A stretch of 64,000 nucleotides of DNA, from contig JBDTVZ010000003.1 of the NCBI GenBank assembly GCA_040006935.1, forward strand, positions 66,224 to 130,223, in the 5' to 3' direction. Below the pieces are notes generated by a model that saw only the letters and a program-made list of their open reading frames with translations, was not told where the DNA came from and did no database searches. The stretch comes from Candidatus Dojkabacteria bacterium. GTDB taxonomy: Bacteria > Patescibacteriota > Dojkabacteria > J137. The translations under genes and the position numbers were made by a program. Of the stretch, positions 26,484-36,976 are shown in pieces; position 1 is the stretch's first letter; the number at the start of each line of letters is the position of its first letter.

Positions 26484-28417
26484 CAGTAAAAATTGCAGGA
26501 CAATCCGGACAAGGTGTAAATGTTCTTGGGGAAATTCTAACCAAAGCATTTAAGCGCTCTGGTCTATATACTTTTGGATATAGAGAATATCCTTCCCTTA
26601 TAAAAGGAGGTCACTCTACTTACCAAATTGATGTATCAAACAAACAGATTCTAAGTCCTTCACAAAATATTAATATTTTATTCGTTTTAAACAAACAAGC
26701 TACTCTTTGGTATCAGGATTCTTTCATTAATGAGAAACCATCAGTGATTTTTCATGATATTTCTAATCCCAGAATAAATAAGACTGAGAACGATGTAATT
26801 AAAAAAAGTAATACTGACATGGTGTATGTTCCAGCTCTACGTTTAGCACAAGAAGTAGGTGGAAACGAACTAACATCAAACATAGTTAGCTTAGGAACCA
26901 TTTGGAGAATACTTGGGCTTGATAAAGAAATTTTAGTAGATGTTATTAGAGCTAAGTTTGCATCTAAACCGAAAATTGTAGAAATTGATGTTGCCTGCGC
27001 TATTAAAGGTTTTGATTATGTTAATTTTGAGGTTCCTTCTTTTACAAAGCGAATTATAAAAGAGGATGAAATATCTAATGAGGAGAAAGTAAAAAGGCAT
27101 GTACTAAATTCGTCTAATAGGTCTTTATTAAATCTGAAAAATTTATTGAAGGATTTAACTAATGAAAAACACCACACATCGGAAAACATTGTAGTAACCG
27201 GGAACGAAGCTGCTGCACTTGGTGCGATAAACGCTGGAATGAGAATCTATTATTCTTATCCAATGACTCCAACAAGCGATATTATGGAACATTTTGCAGA
27301 TTACGAACAGGAGACTGGTGTTATTGTTAAGCAGGCAGAAGATGAAATTACAGCAGCAGCTATGACAATCGGATCCATGCATATGGGTACAAGAGCAATG
27401 ACTGGAACTTCTGGAGGTGGGTTTGATTTAATGACAGAACATGTAAGTCTATCTGGAATGATTGAAGTTCCATTTGTCTGTATATTGGGTCAAAGGCCAG
27501 GGCCTGCGACAGGAATGCCAACTTGGACAACTCAAGGGGATTTACTTTTGGCAATAAATGCAGGTCACGGAGAATTTCCAAGATGTGTTTTAGCTGTAAA
27601 AGATGCAGAAGATACTTTCTATAAAATTCAAGAAGCATTTAATATTGCAGAAAATTTTCAAATTCCAGTTGTAGTTTTAACTGATAAATACATAGCAGAA
27701 AGTTCATTTCAGATTAATAAATTAAACGATAAAAAAATTCCAATCGAAAGAGGTCCATTAGTTCTTAATGTGGAAGATTTAGAAAAACTTAAAAGCACTG
27801 ATAGATATAAATTTACAGAATCTGGGATTTCCCCTCGATGGTTACCTGGAAGTAAAGCTGCAGGTTTTAATGCACAAAGTGATGAACATGATGAACAAGG
27901 CAACACAACAGAAGAAGCAATTCCCGCCCACAGAATGTTAGAAAAGCGAATGAAAAAAATGGAGATATTATTGAAGTCTCTTCCCGAGCCAACAATTTAT
28001 ACAAATAAACCTAAGCTAAATGTGATTTTAGAAAAGAGAATAGAGAAAAGAGAAACTGAAAACTCAAAACTAAAAACTATTAACTTAATCGGTTGGGGAA
28101 GTACTTATTGTGTTGTTAAAGATTTGATGAAAGAATATTTCGAAGAGAATGTAACTGTAAATTATTTACACTTTGAATATATTTGGCCATTAAGAACTGA
28201 TGTGCTTATGAAATTTGTGAAGGAACATCGCGATGCAATTTTAGTTGAAATAAACCTACAAGGTCAGTTAGGGAAATTAATAAGAATGGAAACTGGAATT
28301 GATTTAAAAAATAAGATACTGAAATGGGATGGAAGACCATTTTTTGTAGAAGAACTTAAAGAGAAGATTGATGTCATTGCGAGGAATGAAATGACGAAGC
28401 AATCTCATACATTTTAA
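26471..28417 (+). CDS. 2-oxoacid:ferredoxin/flavodoxin oxidoreductase, fused gamma-alpha subunit
   Basis: The N-terminal gamma domain reads KIAGQSGQGVNVLGEIL. The alpha domain reads VVTGNEAAALGAINAGMRIYYSYPMTPTSDIMEHFA. Confidence 0.75.
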   Translation: MERLTVKIAGQSGQGVNVLGEILTKAFKRSGLYTFGYREYPSLIKGGHSTYQIDVSNKQILSPSQNINILFVLNKQATLWYQDSFINEKPSVIFHDISNPRINKTENDVIKKSNTDMVYVPALRLAQEVGGNELTSNIVSLGTIWRILGLDKEILVDVIRAKFASKPKIVEIDVACAIKGFDYVNFEVPSFTKRIIKEDEISNEEKVKRHVLNSSNRSLLNLKNLLKDLTNEKHHTSENIVVTGNEAAALGAINAGMRIYYSYPMTPTSDIMEHFADYEQETGVIVKQAEDEITAAAMTIGSMHMGTRAMTGTSGGGFDLMTEHVSLSGMIEVPFVCILGQRPGPATGMPTWTTQGDLLLAINAGHGEFPRCVLAVKDAEDTFYKIQEAFNIAENFQIPVVVLTDKYIAESSFQINKLNDKKIPIERGPLVLNVEDLEKLKSTDRYKFTESGISPRWLPGSKAAGFNAQSDEHDEQGNTTEEAIPAHRMLEKRMKKMEILLKSLPEPTIYTNKPKLNVILEKRIEKRETENSKLKTINLIGWGSTYCVVKDLMKEYFEENVTVNYLHFEYIWPLRTDVLMKFVKEHRDAILVEINLQGQLGKLIRMETGIDLKNKILKWDGRPFFVEELKEKIDVIARNEMTKQSHTF

Positions 28418-28427
28418 TTTATCATTA

Positions 28428-29339
28428 ATGAGTTGCTGTACACCAAACTACAATTTAGAATCGGGAGATGTAAAAATTTCTGATTATTACAGCGAAGTCC
28501 AACCGACTTGGTGTAGTGGTTGCGGTGATTATGCAATTTGGAGTGCTATCAAAAGAGCACTAGTAGAATTAAATATTGCATCACACGAAGTACTATTCTG
28601 TTTTGATATAGGTTGTAATGGAAACATGAGTGATAAAATTCAAGGATATAGAATTCACTCACTACATGGGAGAGTTTTACCTTTAGCCGCTGGTGCAAAG
28701 TTAGCAAATCCAAATGTAAAAGTTATTGCCTTTGCTGGTGATGGTGCAACTTATTCTGAAGGATTAAGTCATTTTGTAAATTCTGTAAAATCAAATTATC
28801 CAATTACTTTGTTTGTTCACGATAACGGAAATTATGGATTAACAACTGGACAAGCTTCCGCAACAACCCCAGAAGGTGCGCCCAGAACAGCAAGCCCCGA
28901 TGGTCCAACATCAAGTAGATTAAACCCAATTGAGCTTGCAATGACCTGCTCTCCTAGTTTTGTAGCAAGAGGTTTTAGTGGAAATATTAGACAACTTGTA
29001 GAAATATTTAAAGAGGCGATTATGTTTCAAGAGAAAGGGTTTGCGTACGTTGATATTCTACAGTCTTGCCCAACGTATAATAAAGAAACTACACACGAGT
29101 GGTATCAACAGAGAATTTATAATATTAATGACACTAAAGGATATAAAGTGGACGATTTGAAAAAAGCAAAAGAAATTGCGATGGATTTGGAAAATAAAAT
29201 TGCGACTGGAATTCTGTACAGAAATGATAAAATGAGAAGTTATATTGATAAACTAGAATATAGGAAAGATTATAAAACAACTCCTGTAGAAGAAGTTAAA
29301 AAATATTCCATAGACGAACTTGCTAAAAGATTTATATAA
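28428..29339 (+). CDS. 2-oxoacid:ferredoxin oxidoreductase beta subunit (TPP-binding)
   Basis: The N-terminal Cys cluster WCSGCGDY and TPP motif GDGATYSEG are present. Confidence 0.75.
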   Translation: MSCCTPNYNLESGDVKISDYYSEVQPTWCSGCGDYAIWSAIKRALVELNIASHEVLFCFDIGCNGNMSDKIQGYRIHSLHGRVLPLAAGAKLANPNVKVIAFAGDGATYSEGLSHFVNSVKSNYPITLFVHDNGNYGLTTGQASATTPEGAPRTASPDGPTSSRLNPIELAMTCSPSFVARGFSGNIRQLVEIFKEAIMFQEKGFAYVDILQSCPTYNKETTHEWYQQRIYNINDTKGYKVDDLKKAKEIAMDLENKIATGILYRNDKMRSYIDKLEYRKDYKTTPVEEVKKYSIDELAKRFI

Positions 29340-29345
29340 ACTCAA

Positions 29346-30674
29346 ATGGAGAAATTACTAAAGAAAATTAAACCTAAAGATTTTGTAAAAGCTGTCGTAG
29401 TGTTTCAATTATCTATTGTTCTATTCTTTGCATCTGTTGTGATCAATAATAACGATACTGTTCCGGGAAGAGGCTTTGAATCTGCAAAAGTTAATGTTAT
29501 TCAAGTTGGATCCACTTTGATTATTTTTACAACCTTTGTATTCTTAGCCTACGCATTGTTTACCTACTCAAGTTCCAAGAAAGATTTGGAGACTGGATTC
29601 AAAAAACTTTTTAAATCTTGGAAGAGTTTGCTTTTTATTGGACTACTCTCTTTGTCATTAATAATCTCGACAGAGATTTCTCCATTTAGAGAAATTGCAA
29701 CACAAGGAAATATTTTTAGATTCCAAGGATTAAGTACATATTTACCAATGATTTTATGTGCTTATGTTTTATATAAATGCGTAAATAGAAAAACTATTCA
29801 TTTAATATTTATCTCAATAATTGTTTCCGGATTATTTCAAGCGTTTATGGCTTTTAGTCAGATTTATACTTTAGCAAAAAATGACCCCTCTAAATTGAGT
29901 GATGGGATTTGGATTAATGGTTATTATGGACAGGCCAATTTCTTTTCATCACATTTATTATTAGCAATCATTTTGGCTTCCTACTATCTATCTACAAAAT
30001 CTCTTAGATTGCTGAAAGATAAGAAACAGAAGTTAGGAGTTATCACAGTCATAATAGTTGTACTTTCAATCTTAATTCCTGCAATGATACTTTCGTATTC
30101 AGAATGGGGTTGGGTTAGTTTATTACTTAGTGCTGCTGTTATTCTTAGTTATGAACTAATGCCAAAGAGAATATTTAAAATTTTTATTGTTACTCTTACT
30201 GGATTAATTTCAGCAGCAGCTCTATTTATAATTTCACATTTCCCTGTTTACGAACTTCGGATAGAAATTTGGCAGAGAATAAGAGATATTTTCTTTCAGA
30301 ATTCTAATGTTAATAACTTTAAATATGTAATCTTTGGCTATGGATTTGATACTCTTGCAGATGTTTTCAAATTATTTGGAAATTTCCCAACGTTAGTTAT
30401 AGATAGAGCTCATAATATTATTTTTGATATTTTAATTCAAACTGGAATTGCAGGTTTAGGTTTCTTTTTAGTAATTATTGCAAGGTTAGGTTTTCACTTT
30501 AATAAAATGATTAATAATAGACTTCTGTTTTTTACAATTGCAGCATTTGCACTTTGGATATTTAAATCCCTTGTAAACGAGTACTCGATTACAAATCTCT
30601 TTCATTGGGTAATATTAGGAGCCTGTGCTTTGCAGATTCTGATGATTGATGAGGACAACGATGTGATAATTTAA
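29346..30674 (+). CDS. O-antigen ligase/polymerase-like (Wzy_C) membrane protein
   Basis: It has ten or more TM helices and a conserved DRAHNIIFDILIQTGIAGLGFF block. Confidence 0.5.
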   Translation: MEKLLKKIKPKDFVKAVVVFQLSIVLFFASVVINNNDTVPGRGFESAKVNVIQVGSTLIIFTTFVFLAYALFTYSSSKKDLETGFKKLFKSWKSLLFIGLLSLSLIISTEISPFREIATQGNIFRFQGLSTYLPMILCAYVLYKCVNRKTIHLIFISIIVSGLFQAFMAFSQIYTLAKNDPSKLSDGIWINGYYGQANFFSSHLLLAIILASYYLSTKSLRLLKDKKQKLGVITVIIVVLSILIPAMILSYSEWGWVSLLLSAAVILSYELMPKRIFKIFIVTLTGLISAAALFIISHFPVYELRIEIWQRIRDIFFQNSNVNNFKYVIFGYGFDTLADVFKLFGNFPTLVIDRAHNIIFDILIQTGIAGLGFFLVIIARLGFHFNKMINNRLLFFTIAAFALWIFKSLVNEYSITNLFHWVILGACALQILMIDEDNDVII

Positions 30675-30693
30675 GTAATCTAACAATTTCATT

Positions 30694-30990
30694 ATGGAAG
30701 AAAGTCTCAATAGAACTGAATCATTAGGCACAGATATTAAATCTATCGCTGACTTTTTTGCAAACTTTATGCCATTATCCGAAACTATCTATTCATTTTC
30801 AGCGTTTACTAGCTTAGGTGTAACTGATGTTGAAAGATTAAAAGTTATTTGTAAAGATCTTTTAGCAAAAGACGAAAGTGAGGATACTGTGGGTTTTGTA
30901 AGAGAAATGCTAGATACAATGTATTCTAAAAAATGGCACGATACTTTAGGAAAAGAAATTTCTAAAGATGATGACCCTCAAAGCTTCTAG
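30694..30990 (+). CDS. Hypothetical small acidic protein
   Basis: ORF only. Confidence 0.3.
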   Translation: MEESLNRTESLGTDIKSIADFFANFMPLSETIYSFSAFTSLGVTDVERLKVICKDLLAKDESEDTVGFVREMLDTMYSKKWHDTLGKEISKDDDPQSF

Positions 30991-31066
30991 AGAACGAGCA
31001 TAGCGATGTTCGATAGTTAGCTTTGTGCGCACCTTTATAGGTATCCCTTAAGAAACTTCATTAAGT

Positions 31067-31132
31067 CATGGTGAGTCCTTCAATAAGCTCATGCAGATGC
31101 AGGCAAACACGACAAACTCTGTCGAACCATGA
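31067..31132. repeat. Long imperfect hairpin with CATGGTGA...GTCGAACCATGA ends, immediately downstream of argS
   Basis: Same termini as the 24-nt hairpin at 18801-18824; 7-bp terminal stem tcatggt/accatga. Confidence 0.4.
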
Positions 31133-31133
31133 G

Positions 31134-32846
31134 TTACATCTTCTCCACCACGTCAATTCCCAAAAGATTAAGACCATTTTTTAGAACCTGAGCAGTTGCT
31201 TGAGTTAACGAAATCCTTGCATTTTTATCATCTTCTGTTTCTGCATTTAACACTCTGCAGTTTGCATAGAAAGAATTGAATGCTTGTGCAAGTTCATAAA
31301 GATAATTACAAACTGAGTGAGGTGTAATATTAATACCAGCTTCTTCAACAACATCTGAATAGTTGTTCAGAATTTTTAATAGTGATATTTCATATTCAGA
31401 ATTCAATACTTTAGACTCATCGTAAGAGCTGCTTTCTGATTTTGTTAAGATCGAATTAGCTCGTGCATATGTATAAAGTAGGTATGGCCCAGAGTAGCCT
31501 TCAAAACTCAAGAACTGTTCTGGATCGTAATTAAAATCTTTATGAAATTCGTGTGATAAGACTAGAAATTTAAGTCCCGCATTTGCAACATTATGAACAA
31601 TAGATTTTTTCTCTTCTTCTGTGTAATCTCGAAGTTCAGAAATCTTTTTATACGCAACTTCTTCAATCTCGTTTAAAACATCCATCCCTTTTATACTACC
31701 ACCCATTCTAGAACTGAACTTCTTTCCTCCCCTTAACATCCAACCAAACGGAATATGGAAATATCTACCTTTTGTCTCTGGTTGAATAATATTTAAAACA
31801 TGAATAACAACTTTAAAATAATCTTTCTGTTCTACAGATGTCGTTACAATGCACTTTTCAATATTTGGATATTCTTGAAATTTTAAATGAGCAAGTCCTA
31901 AATCTTTTGCGGAGTAAGTTGGATTACCTTCACTTGTGATGAATACCCAGTTTGTTAAACCGACCTTTTCTCCACGATAAATAATCGCTCCTTCACTTTC
32001 TTCAAATACATCTTTCTTATGCTTCTCTACAATTTCTAAAGCATCTTCATAAATTTCACTTTCTGGATATTGTCTATCAAAAATAATTCCTAAGCTTTTC
32101 CAAACTTCTTTTTGGTGTTCTAAACTATCCTCTCTTAATTTTTTATATGTTTTGAAATTTTCGTTATCTTCTTTTTTATAAATATCTTTATTTATTTGTT
32201 TTATGTGTTCCGCAACAACTGGATCTTCTTTAAAAGCTGTTGCTCCTTTTACATAACAATCATCAATAAATTTCATCTTTTTTTGATGATCCCAGCTTTC
32301 GAATTCTGTTGGAGTGTCTGTATTTAAATACCCCCAAGTTGTTTTTGCAACTTGCATTCCAACATCTCCAAAATAGTTTGCCTTTATAACTTTGTAACCT
32401 AGATTTTCGTGCAATCTGACCATAGATAAACCTGAAACTGCACTCTTCAAATGACCTACGTGAAAAGCTTTATGAGTATTTGGTTGCCCGAATTCAATCA
32501 TTACTTCTTTTCCTTTTCCAAAAGAGCTTTTCCCGAAAGTATCTGCTTCTTCAATAATTTTCCTCACTAAGTTTTTATATATTAAAGAATTTGTAGTGAA
32601 ATTAATAAAACCTGGTTTTACTGCATTTACTTTAGTTACTAATTTAGATTCCGGGATGTTTTTAACAATTTCTTCCGCAATCTCCATAGGACTTCTTTTG
32701 AGCTGACCTGAAAGCCTCATCGCTACATTAGTGGAAAAATCACCATGGGATTTGTCTTTTGGAGCATCAATTTCAACAATCGATTCAATATTTAAAGCTT
32801 TTAGAGCATATTCTGTAAGGGTTTTAAGTTCTTCTTTTATATTCAT
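31134..32846 (-). CDS. argS: Arginine--tRNA ligase
   Basis: Class I HIGH motif (PNTHKAFHVGHL). ArgRS N-terminal additional domain and C-terminal DALR anticodon-binding region are present. Confidence 0.88.
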   Translation of the reverse strand: MNIKEELKTLTEYALKALNIESIVEIDAPKDKSHGDFSTNVAMRLSGQLKRSPMEIAEEIVKNIPESKLVTKVNAVKPGFINFTTNSLIYKNLVRKIIEEADTFGKSSFGKGKEVMIEFGQPNTHKAFHVGHLKSAVSGLSMVRLHENLGYKVIKANYFGDVGMQVAKTTWGYLNTDTPTEFESWDHQKKMKFIDDCYVKGATAFKEDPVVAEHIKQINKDIYKKEDNENFKTYKKLREDSLEHQKEVWKSLGIIFDRQYPESEIYEDALEIVEKHKKDVFEESEGAIIYRGEKVGLTNWVFITSEGNPTYSAKDLGLAHLKFQEYPNIEKCIVTTSVEQKDYFKVVIHVLNIIQPETKGRYFHIPFGWMLRGGKKFSSRMGGSIKGMDVLNEIEEVAYKKISELRDYTEEEKKSIVHNVANAGLKFLVLSHEFHKDFNYDPEQFLSFEGYSGPYLLYTYARANSILTKSESSSYDESKVLNSEYEISLLKILNNYSDVVEEAGINITPHSVCNYLYELAQAFNSFYANCRVLNAETEDDKNARISLTQATAQVLKNGLNLLGIDVVEKM

Positions 32847-32880
32847 ATCTTGTGATTATATTTGTAGATATGGAAGATTG

Positions 32881-34743
32881 TCAATCTACAAAGTCTAATA
32901 CTACTGCATTTGGATGAAATGTAAGTAAGTCATCAATTTTATCTCTATTATTCTTAGTAACTTTTATTATTAAATTTAAATCCTTATCTCTATTTTTTAT
33001 TGCCTTTTCTAAAAGTTCAAATATGAGTTTATAATCTCGGGAGGAGAATTTGTCTTTTTGAAAAAACTTTTTCATTAAAGATTCTATATCAAGAAAAATC
33101 CCATTTAATAAATTTTCTTTCCTAAAATCAAACCTATTTGTTTCGTATACAAAAGAAGGCGAGGAAATACTTAGGAAAACTCTACTCTGAACTTTTAATT
33201 GATTTAATTCTACTTTTTTAAGAATTTTATAAAAGAAAGATAAATCTTCAATTGTGGAAACTGCTGGTAATATTAAATCAATATTTTTATGTTCGTATTC
33301 GTCCATTAGTTTTTTTAAAACCAAGAGTTCTGTTGTGATAACTTCTGTGTAATCTAAAGGAGTCATTCTTTCGTGGTTGTAATCTATTAACTTGAGTAAG
33401 AAAGGATTCTCACTATTTTGAAAAGCAATTCCCGATAGACTTGTGGTATATTTTTTAAATAAATCATAATAGTCACTCAATGAGAAAGTTTTTTTTGTGA
33501 AGTCATAAAAATCTCCCATGTCTGTAAAAACACCATTATATTTTTTCATTATTGAAAATATTTCTGTACCAGCAGCTTTAGTATCAATAAAAATATCCAC
33601 TTCTTTTGAATACTCTTCAGAGAATGATTTCCTCTCCAAACTTTTTAGTCTTCTTATCAAACTGAATCCTCTATCATCTCTTTTATCTGATGATTTTTCT
33701 GTGTAATCTGGAATTGTACTACTTATTTGTGAAAGCTCTTCAGCAAAAGTTGCCTCAAGAATATCTTTCTCTGCACCAATAATTCCTTGATTACTCCAAA
33801 TTTCTTTTTGCTTTTGTTGAAACGAATGAATCCCAGTATAAGTTAAATTAAAGAAGTAAGCTTTTCCTCTACTAATTCCAAAGTCAGCCGAGAGATCTTT
33901 TTTAAAAATCTTGTCTGCTTTCTCCGCATATTTAGAGACTTCTTTTAATTTAGCATCCGAAATTTTTTGTTTACCTTGCCAAGCTTTAGATACTGGAACA
34001 CTAATTAGTTCGTCTTTTTTTCTAACAAACATTCTATTTTGTAAATTTATCTTTTTCTCCAGAATATTATTAGTTGATAAATCAACCATGTATTCATCTG
34101 CATAAAAAAGATCGTTATCAATGTCCCCATATTCTGCTTGTATAATGACTTCTTTTGACAAGGAACTTGTATTTATTTTCCCGGTTACTTCAAATTCAGG
34201 AACTCGTAAAACTAAAATGGAGATTGTAGCAATATCAAAGTTATCAATATTAAGCCGTGAATTCAAAAGTTCACCTGTAAATAATTCTGACCACATATCT
34301 TTGAGCTCTTTTATAAACTCATCAATATTTTTTACAATTACTTGTCTTTCTTTAAGAATATCTAACAGAACGGGATTAGATGTGTGGAATGTTGGAATTA
34401 AATTTAACAAATGAGTCTTTCCAAATCTATTCAATATATTGAATTCGTGTAGTAAACTTTTGATAAAAATCTCACGAAGTTCAGTATCAGTAATTGAATT
34501 CTTTATTTTTTTTGCAAGGGAGTCTAAATCTTTTGCATTTTCAGTCGAAAGTATTCCCAAAATATTTGCATCACTTATAAATTCATCAAATCCTTCTGTA
34601 GTAATTACAAAACCATCCAATGTTGGAAGCTTAGACCGATTAAGTCTAAATTCATCTACACCTTTAGCACCAACAATTTGGAAATCTTGTTTAGTAATTT
34701 CATAAGTTGGAATTATGTATTTTGGTGCAAAATTTTTTGCCAT
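32881..34743 (-). CDS. Divergent protein with a PEP-utilising-enzyme N-terminal (PPDK_N-like) domain
   Basis: N-terminal YIIPTYEITKQDFQIVGAKGVDEFRLNRSKLPTLDGFVITTEGFDEF resembles the pyruvate phosphate dikinase PEP/pyruvate-binding domain start. The rest is unrecognised. Confidence 0.35.
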   Translation of the reverse strand: MAKNFAPKYIIPTYEITKQDFQIVGAKGVDEFRLNRSKLPTLDGFVITTEGFDEFISDANILGILSTENAKDLDSLAKKIKNSITDTELREIFIKSLLHEFNILNRFGKTHLLNLIPTFHTSNPVLLDILKERQVIVKNIDEFIKELKDMWSELFTGELLNSRLNIDNFDIATISILVLRVPEFEVTGKINTSSLSKEVIIQAEYGDIDNDLFYADEYMVDLSTNNILEKKINLQNRMFVRKKDELISVPVSKAWQGKQKISDAKLKEVSKYAEKADKIFKKDLSADFGISRGKAYFFNLTYTGIHSFQQKQKEIWSNQGIIGAEKDILEATFAEELSQISSTIPDYTEKSSDKRDDRGFSLIRRLKSLERKSFSEEYSKEVDIFIDTKAAGTEIFSIMKKYNGVFTDMGDFYDFTKKTFSLSDYYDLFKKYTTSLSGIAFQNSENPFLLKLIDYNHERMTPLDYTEVITTELLVLKKLMDEYEHKNIDLILPAVSTIEDLSFFYKILKKVELNQLKVQSRVFLSISSPSFVYETNRFDFRKENLLNGIFLDIESLMKKFFQKDKFSSRDYKLIFELLEKAIKNRDKDLNLIIKVTKNNRDKIDDLLTFHPNAVVLDFVD

Positions 34744-34833
34744 TTTATTTTGAAAATTTGGGAAACCTAAAAAAGTTTACATTAAAAAGTATCCTTTAAC
34801 AAGGAAACCCATATCAGAAGTGAATAACAATGA

Positions 34834-36225
34834 TTAGGCAGTCATTCTTTCTAGAGCTTTTTTTACTGCCTCCTGGTCGGTAAAATGATATTCAACCGAT
34901 CCAAAAGCAAGTGACTTTTCGTGTCCTTTACCTTCCGCTATAACAACATCTCCGGCCCTTGCTATTCTTATTGCAAATTGAATAGCATCGTAACGTGAGT
35001 TTGTATTGTTTTCATCAAAAGAGTAAATAATATTTTCTCTCTCTGGTGTAGTTTCTAATCCTACTTCTTTCATTAATTCTTTATCCTCAATCTTCGTTTT
35101 ATCAGAAGCCATATAATTATTAAATTCTTCGGAAGTAGCAAAACGTTTTATTAATTTAGCCCCTGTTTTTTCTGCTCCTTTAATAATTTGACTGTTAATA
35201 TCATATAGCTCTTCTATTCTTGGATCTTCTGCCGTTACTATTGTAATATCCGAAAGGTTACCAGAGATTTCTCCCATTGCTCCTCTTTTTTCCACGTCTC
35301 TAAGCCCTGCAGAACCAAATATAGTAATTAATCGACCCGATCTCCCCAATAAATCTTTGGCAGCATCTAAAGACCTTTCTAACGAATCGGCATTATGTGC
35401 AAAATCAACAATTACAAAGAATGGTTGTCTTTGCATTATTTCCATTCTTCCCACAACTCCTTGGTATTCACTCAATGTTGCTGCTGCTTTATTTGCTGTA
35501 ACTCCTAAAGATATTGCTGCTAAGGTAGCTGCGAAAGAGTTTTCAACATTATATTCTCCAATTACTGGAATATTAAATTTGAAACTTTTATACTTATATG
35601 TGATAAATCCTTTCCCCAATTCCACATCTGTAAGTTGTTGAGAAACAGAATATTCAATTTCTTTAATTTTTTGACCATGTATTTTGTTTCGTAGGAGAAT
35701 ATATTCTTTTAGAAATTTATAACTTTTTTGATCATCAAAGTTGTAAATTACTGTTCCGTTATCTTCCAGCGCATCAATGAGTCTGCACTTTGCACGTGCG
35801 TATTCTCCCCAAGTTTTATGATAATCTAAATGATCTCGCTTTATATTAGTGAACACTGCTGTTCTAAATTTTAGAAAACCTAGTCTTCCTTGATCTAAAG
35901 CATGCGAAGAAGTTTCTATTACAACATATTCCACACCATTATCTTTCATTTTTCTTAAATATTTTTGCATATCCACAGGATCTGGAGTTGTTACATGGAA
36001 TCCTGTTTCTATTTCTTCATTCCCTGCGATTGCACCAACTGTAGATACAATTCCTACTTTGTAACCGTTTGATCGTAAAATATCGAAAATCATTGCGGAT
36101 GTTGTGGATTTCCCGGAAGTACCCGTAACTCCTATTAGTTTTAAATCTTTAGCAGGATAGTCATAGTATCTTGCAGCTAAAAGAGATAAATATTGTCTGT
36201 AAATTCTTTTGATTTTTCTAAACAT
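34834..36225 (-). CDS. Mur ligase family protein (MurE-like UDP-MurNAc-tripeptide synthetase)
   Basis: ATP-binding IGVTGTSGKSTT, DHLDYHKTWGEYARAK and IVDFAHNADSLERSL are Mur ligase central and C-terminal motifs. Confidence 0.6.
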   Translation of the reverse strand: MFRKIKRIYRQYLSLLAARYYDYPAKDLKLIGVTGTSGKSTTSAMIFDILRSNGYKVGIVSTVGAIAGNEEIETGFHVTTPDPVDMQKYLRKMKDNGVEYVVIETSSHALDQGRLGFLKFRTAVFTNIKRDHLDYHKTWGEYARAKCRLIDALEDNGTVIYNFDDQKSYKFLKEYILLRNKIHGQKIKEIEYSVSQQLTDVELGKGFITYKYKSFKFNIPVIGEYNVENSFAATLAAISLGVTANKAAATLSEYQGVVGRMEIMQRQPFFVIVDFAHNADSLERSLDAAKDLLGRSGRLITIFGSAGLRDVEKRGAMGEISGNLSDITIVTAEDPRIEELYDINSQIIKGAEKTGAKLIKRFATSEEFNNYMASDKTKIEDKELMKEVGLETTPERENIIYSFDENNTNSRYDAIQFAIRIARAGDVVIAEGKGHEKSLAFGSVEYHFTDQEAVKKALERMTA

Positions 36226-36325
36226 AAAAATTGTTTGAATGTTTTAAAGTTATAAAGTTGAAAGGTTAAATAAATAACATTTCAACTTTTCAACCTTGTA
36301 ACTTTCTAATTTCTTGGTTATTCCT

Positions 36326-36976
36326 CTATTGATTTTTAATTTTTAATTGATCCACTAGTTGCTGATAAACTTCATCAATACTTTTGCTTGCATCTATTCG
36401 TACCAATATTCCTCTCTTTCCATAAATTTCTAAAATCTCTTCGTTATCTTTATGGAAATCTTCTAATCTTTTCTTAATTGATTCAGGATTATCGTCTTCT
36501 CTTCTCTCCAGAATTCCTCCATCGTTTTTATCACATTTCCCTTCAATTTTTGGTGGATTGAAGATTAGATTGTAGTTAGATCCACATACAGAACATTCAT
36601 ACCTGTTAGACATTCTTTTAATTGCCTCTTCGTCTGAAAGTTCAAAATAAACTACTTTATCTAATTTTTTGTTTGCTTTAAATAAAGAAAAATCCAATAA
36701 ATCAATTTGAGTATCTCTTCTAACTGCACCGGATAAAACTAAATTCTCAAATTGAGTATTATGAAGATAAATTTGAAGAAGACCAAAAACAAAGTTATCC
36801 GCCAAAAACCCTTCATCCATAGATTTTCGAATTAACTGCTGAATTTCTTTCTCACCATCGGAAATCCCTCTCATTAAATCTCCCGTGGAAACTCTTTCAA
36901 ATTTAAATTGTTCTACAAGTTTTTCGGCTTGTGTGTCTTTGCCAGAACCCGAAGGTCCAATAAAAAGAAGTATCAT
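36326..36976 (-). CDS. adk: Adenylate kinase (zinc-lid type)
   Basis: P-loop GPSGSGKDTQAEKL and a lid with CSVCG...GKCD. Confidence 0.88.
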   Translation of the reverse strand: MILLFIGPSGSGKDTQAEKLVEQFKFERVSTGDLMRGISDGEKEIQQLIRKSMDEGFLADNFVFGLLQIYLHNTQFENLVLSGAVRRDTQIDLLDFSLFKANKKLDKVVYFELSDEEAIKRMSNRYECSVCGSNYNLIFNPPKIEGKCDKNDGGILERREDDNPESIKKRLEDFHKDNEEILEIYGKRGILVRIDASKSIDEVYQQLVDQLKIKNQ

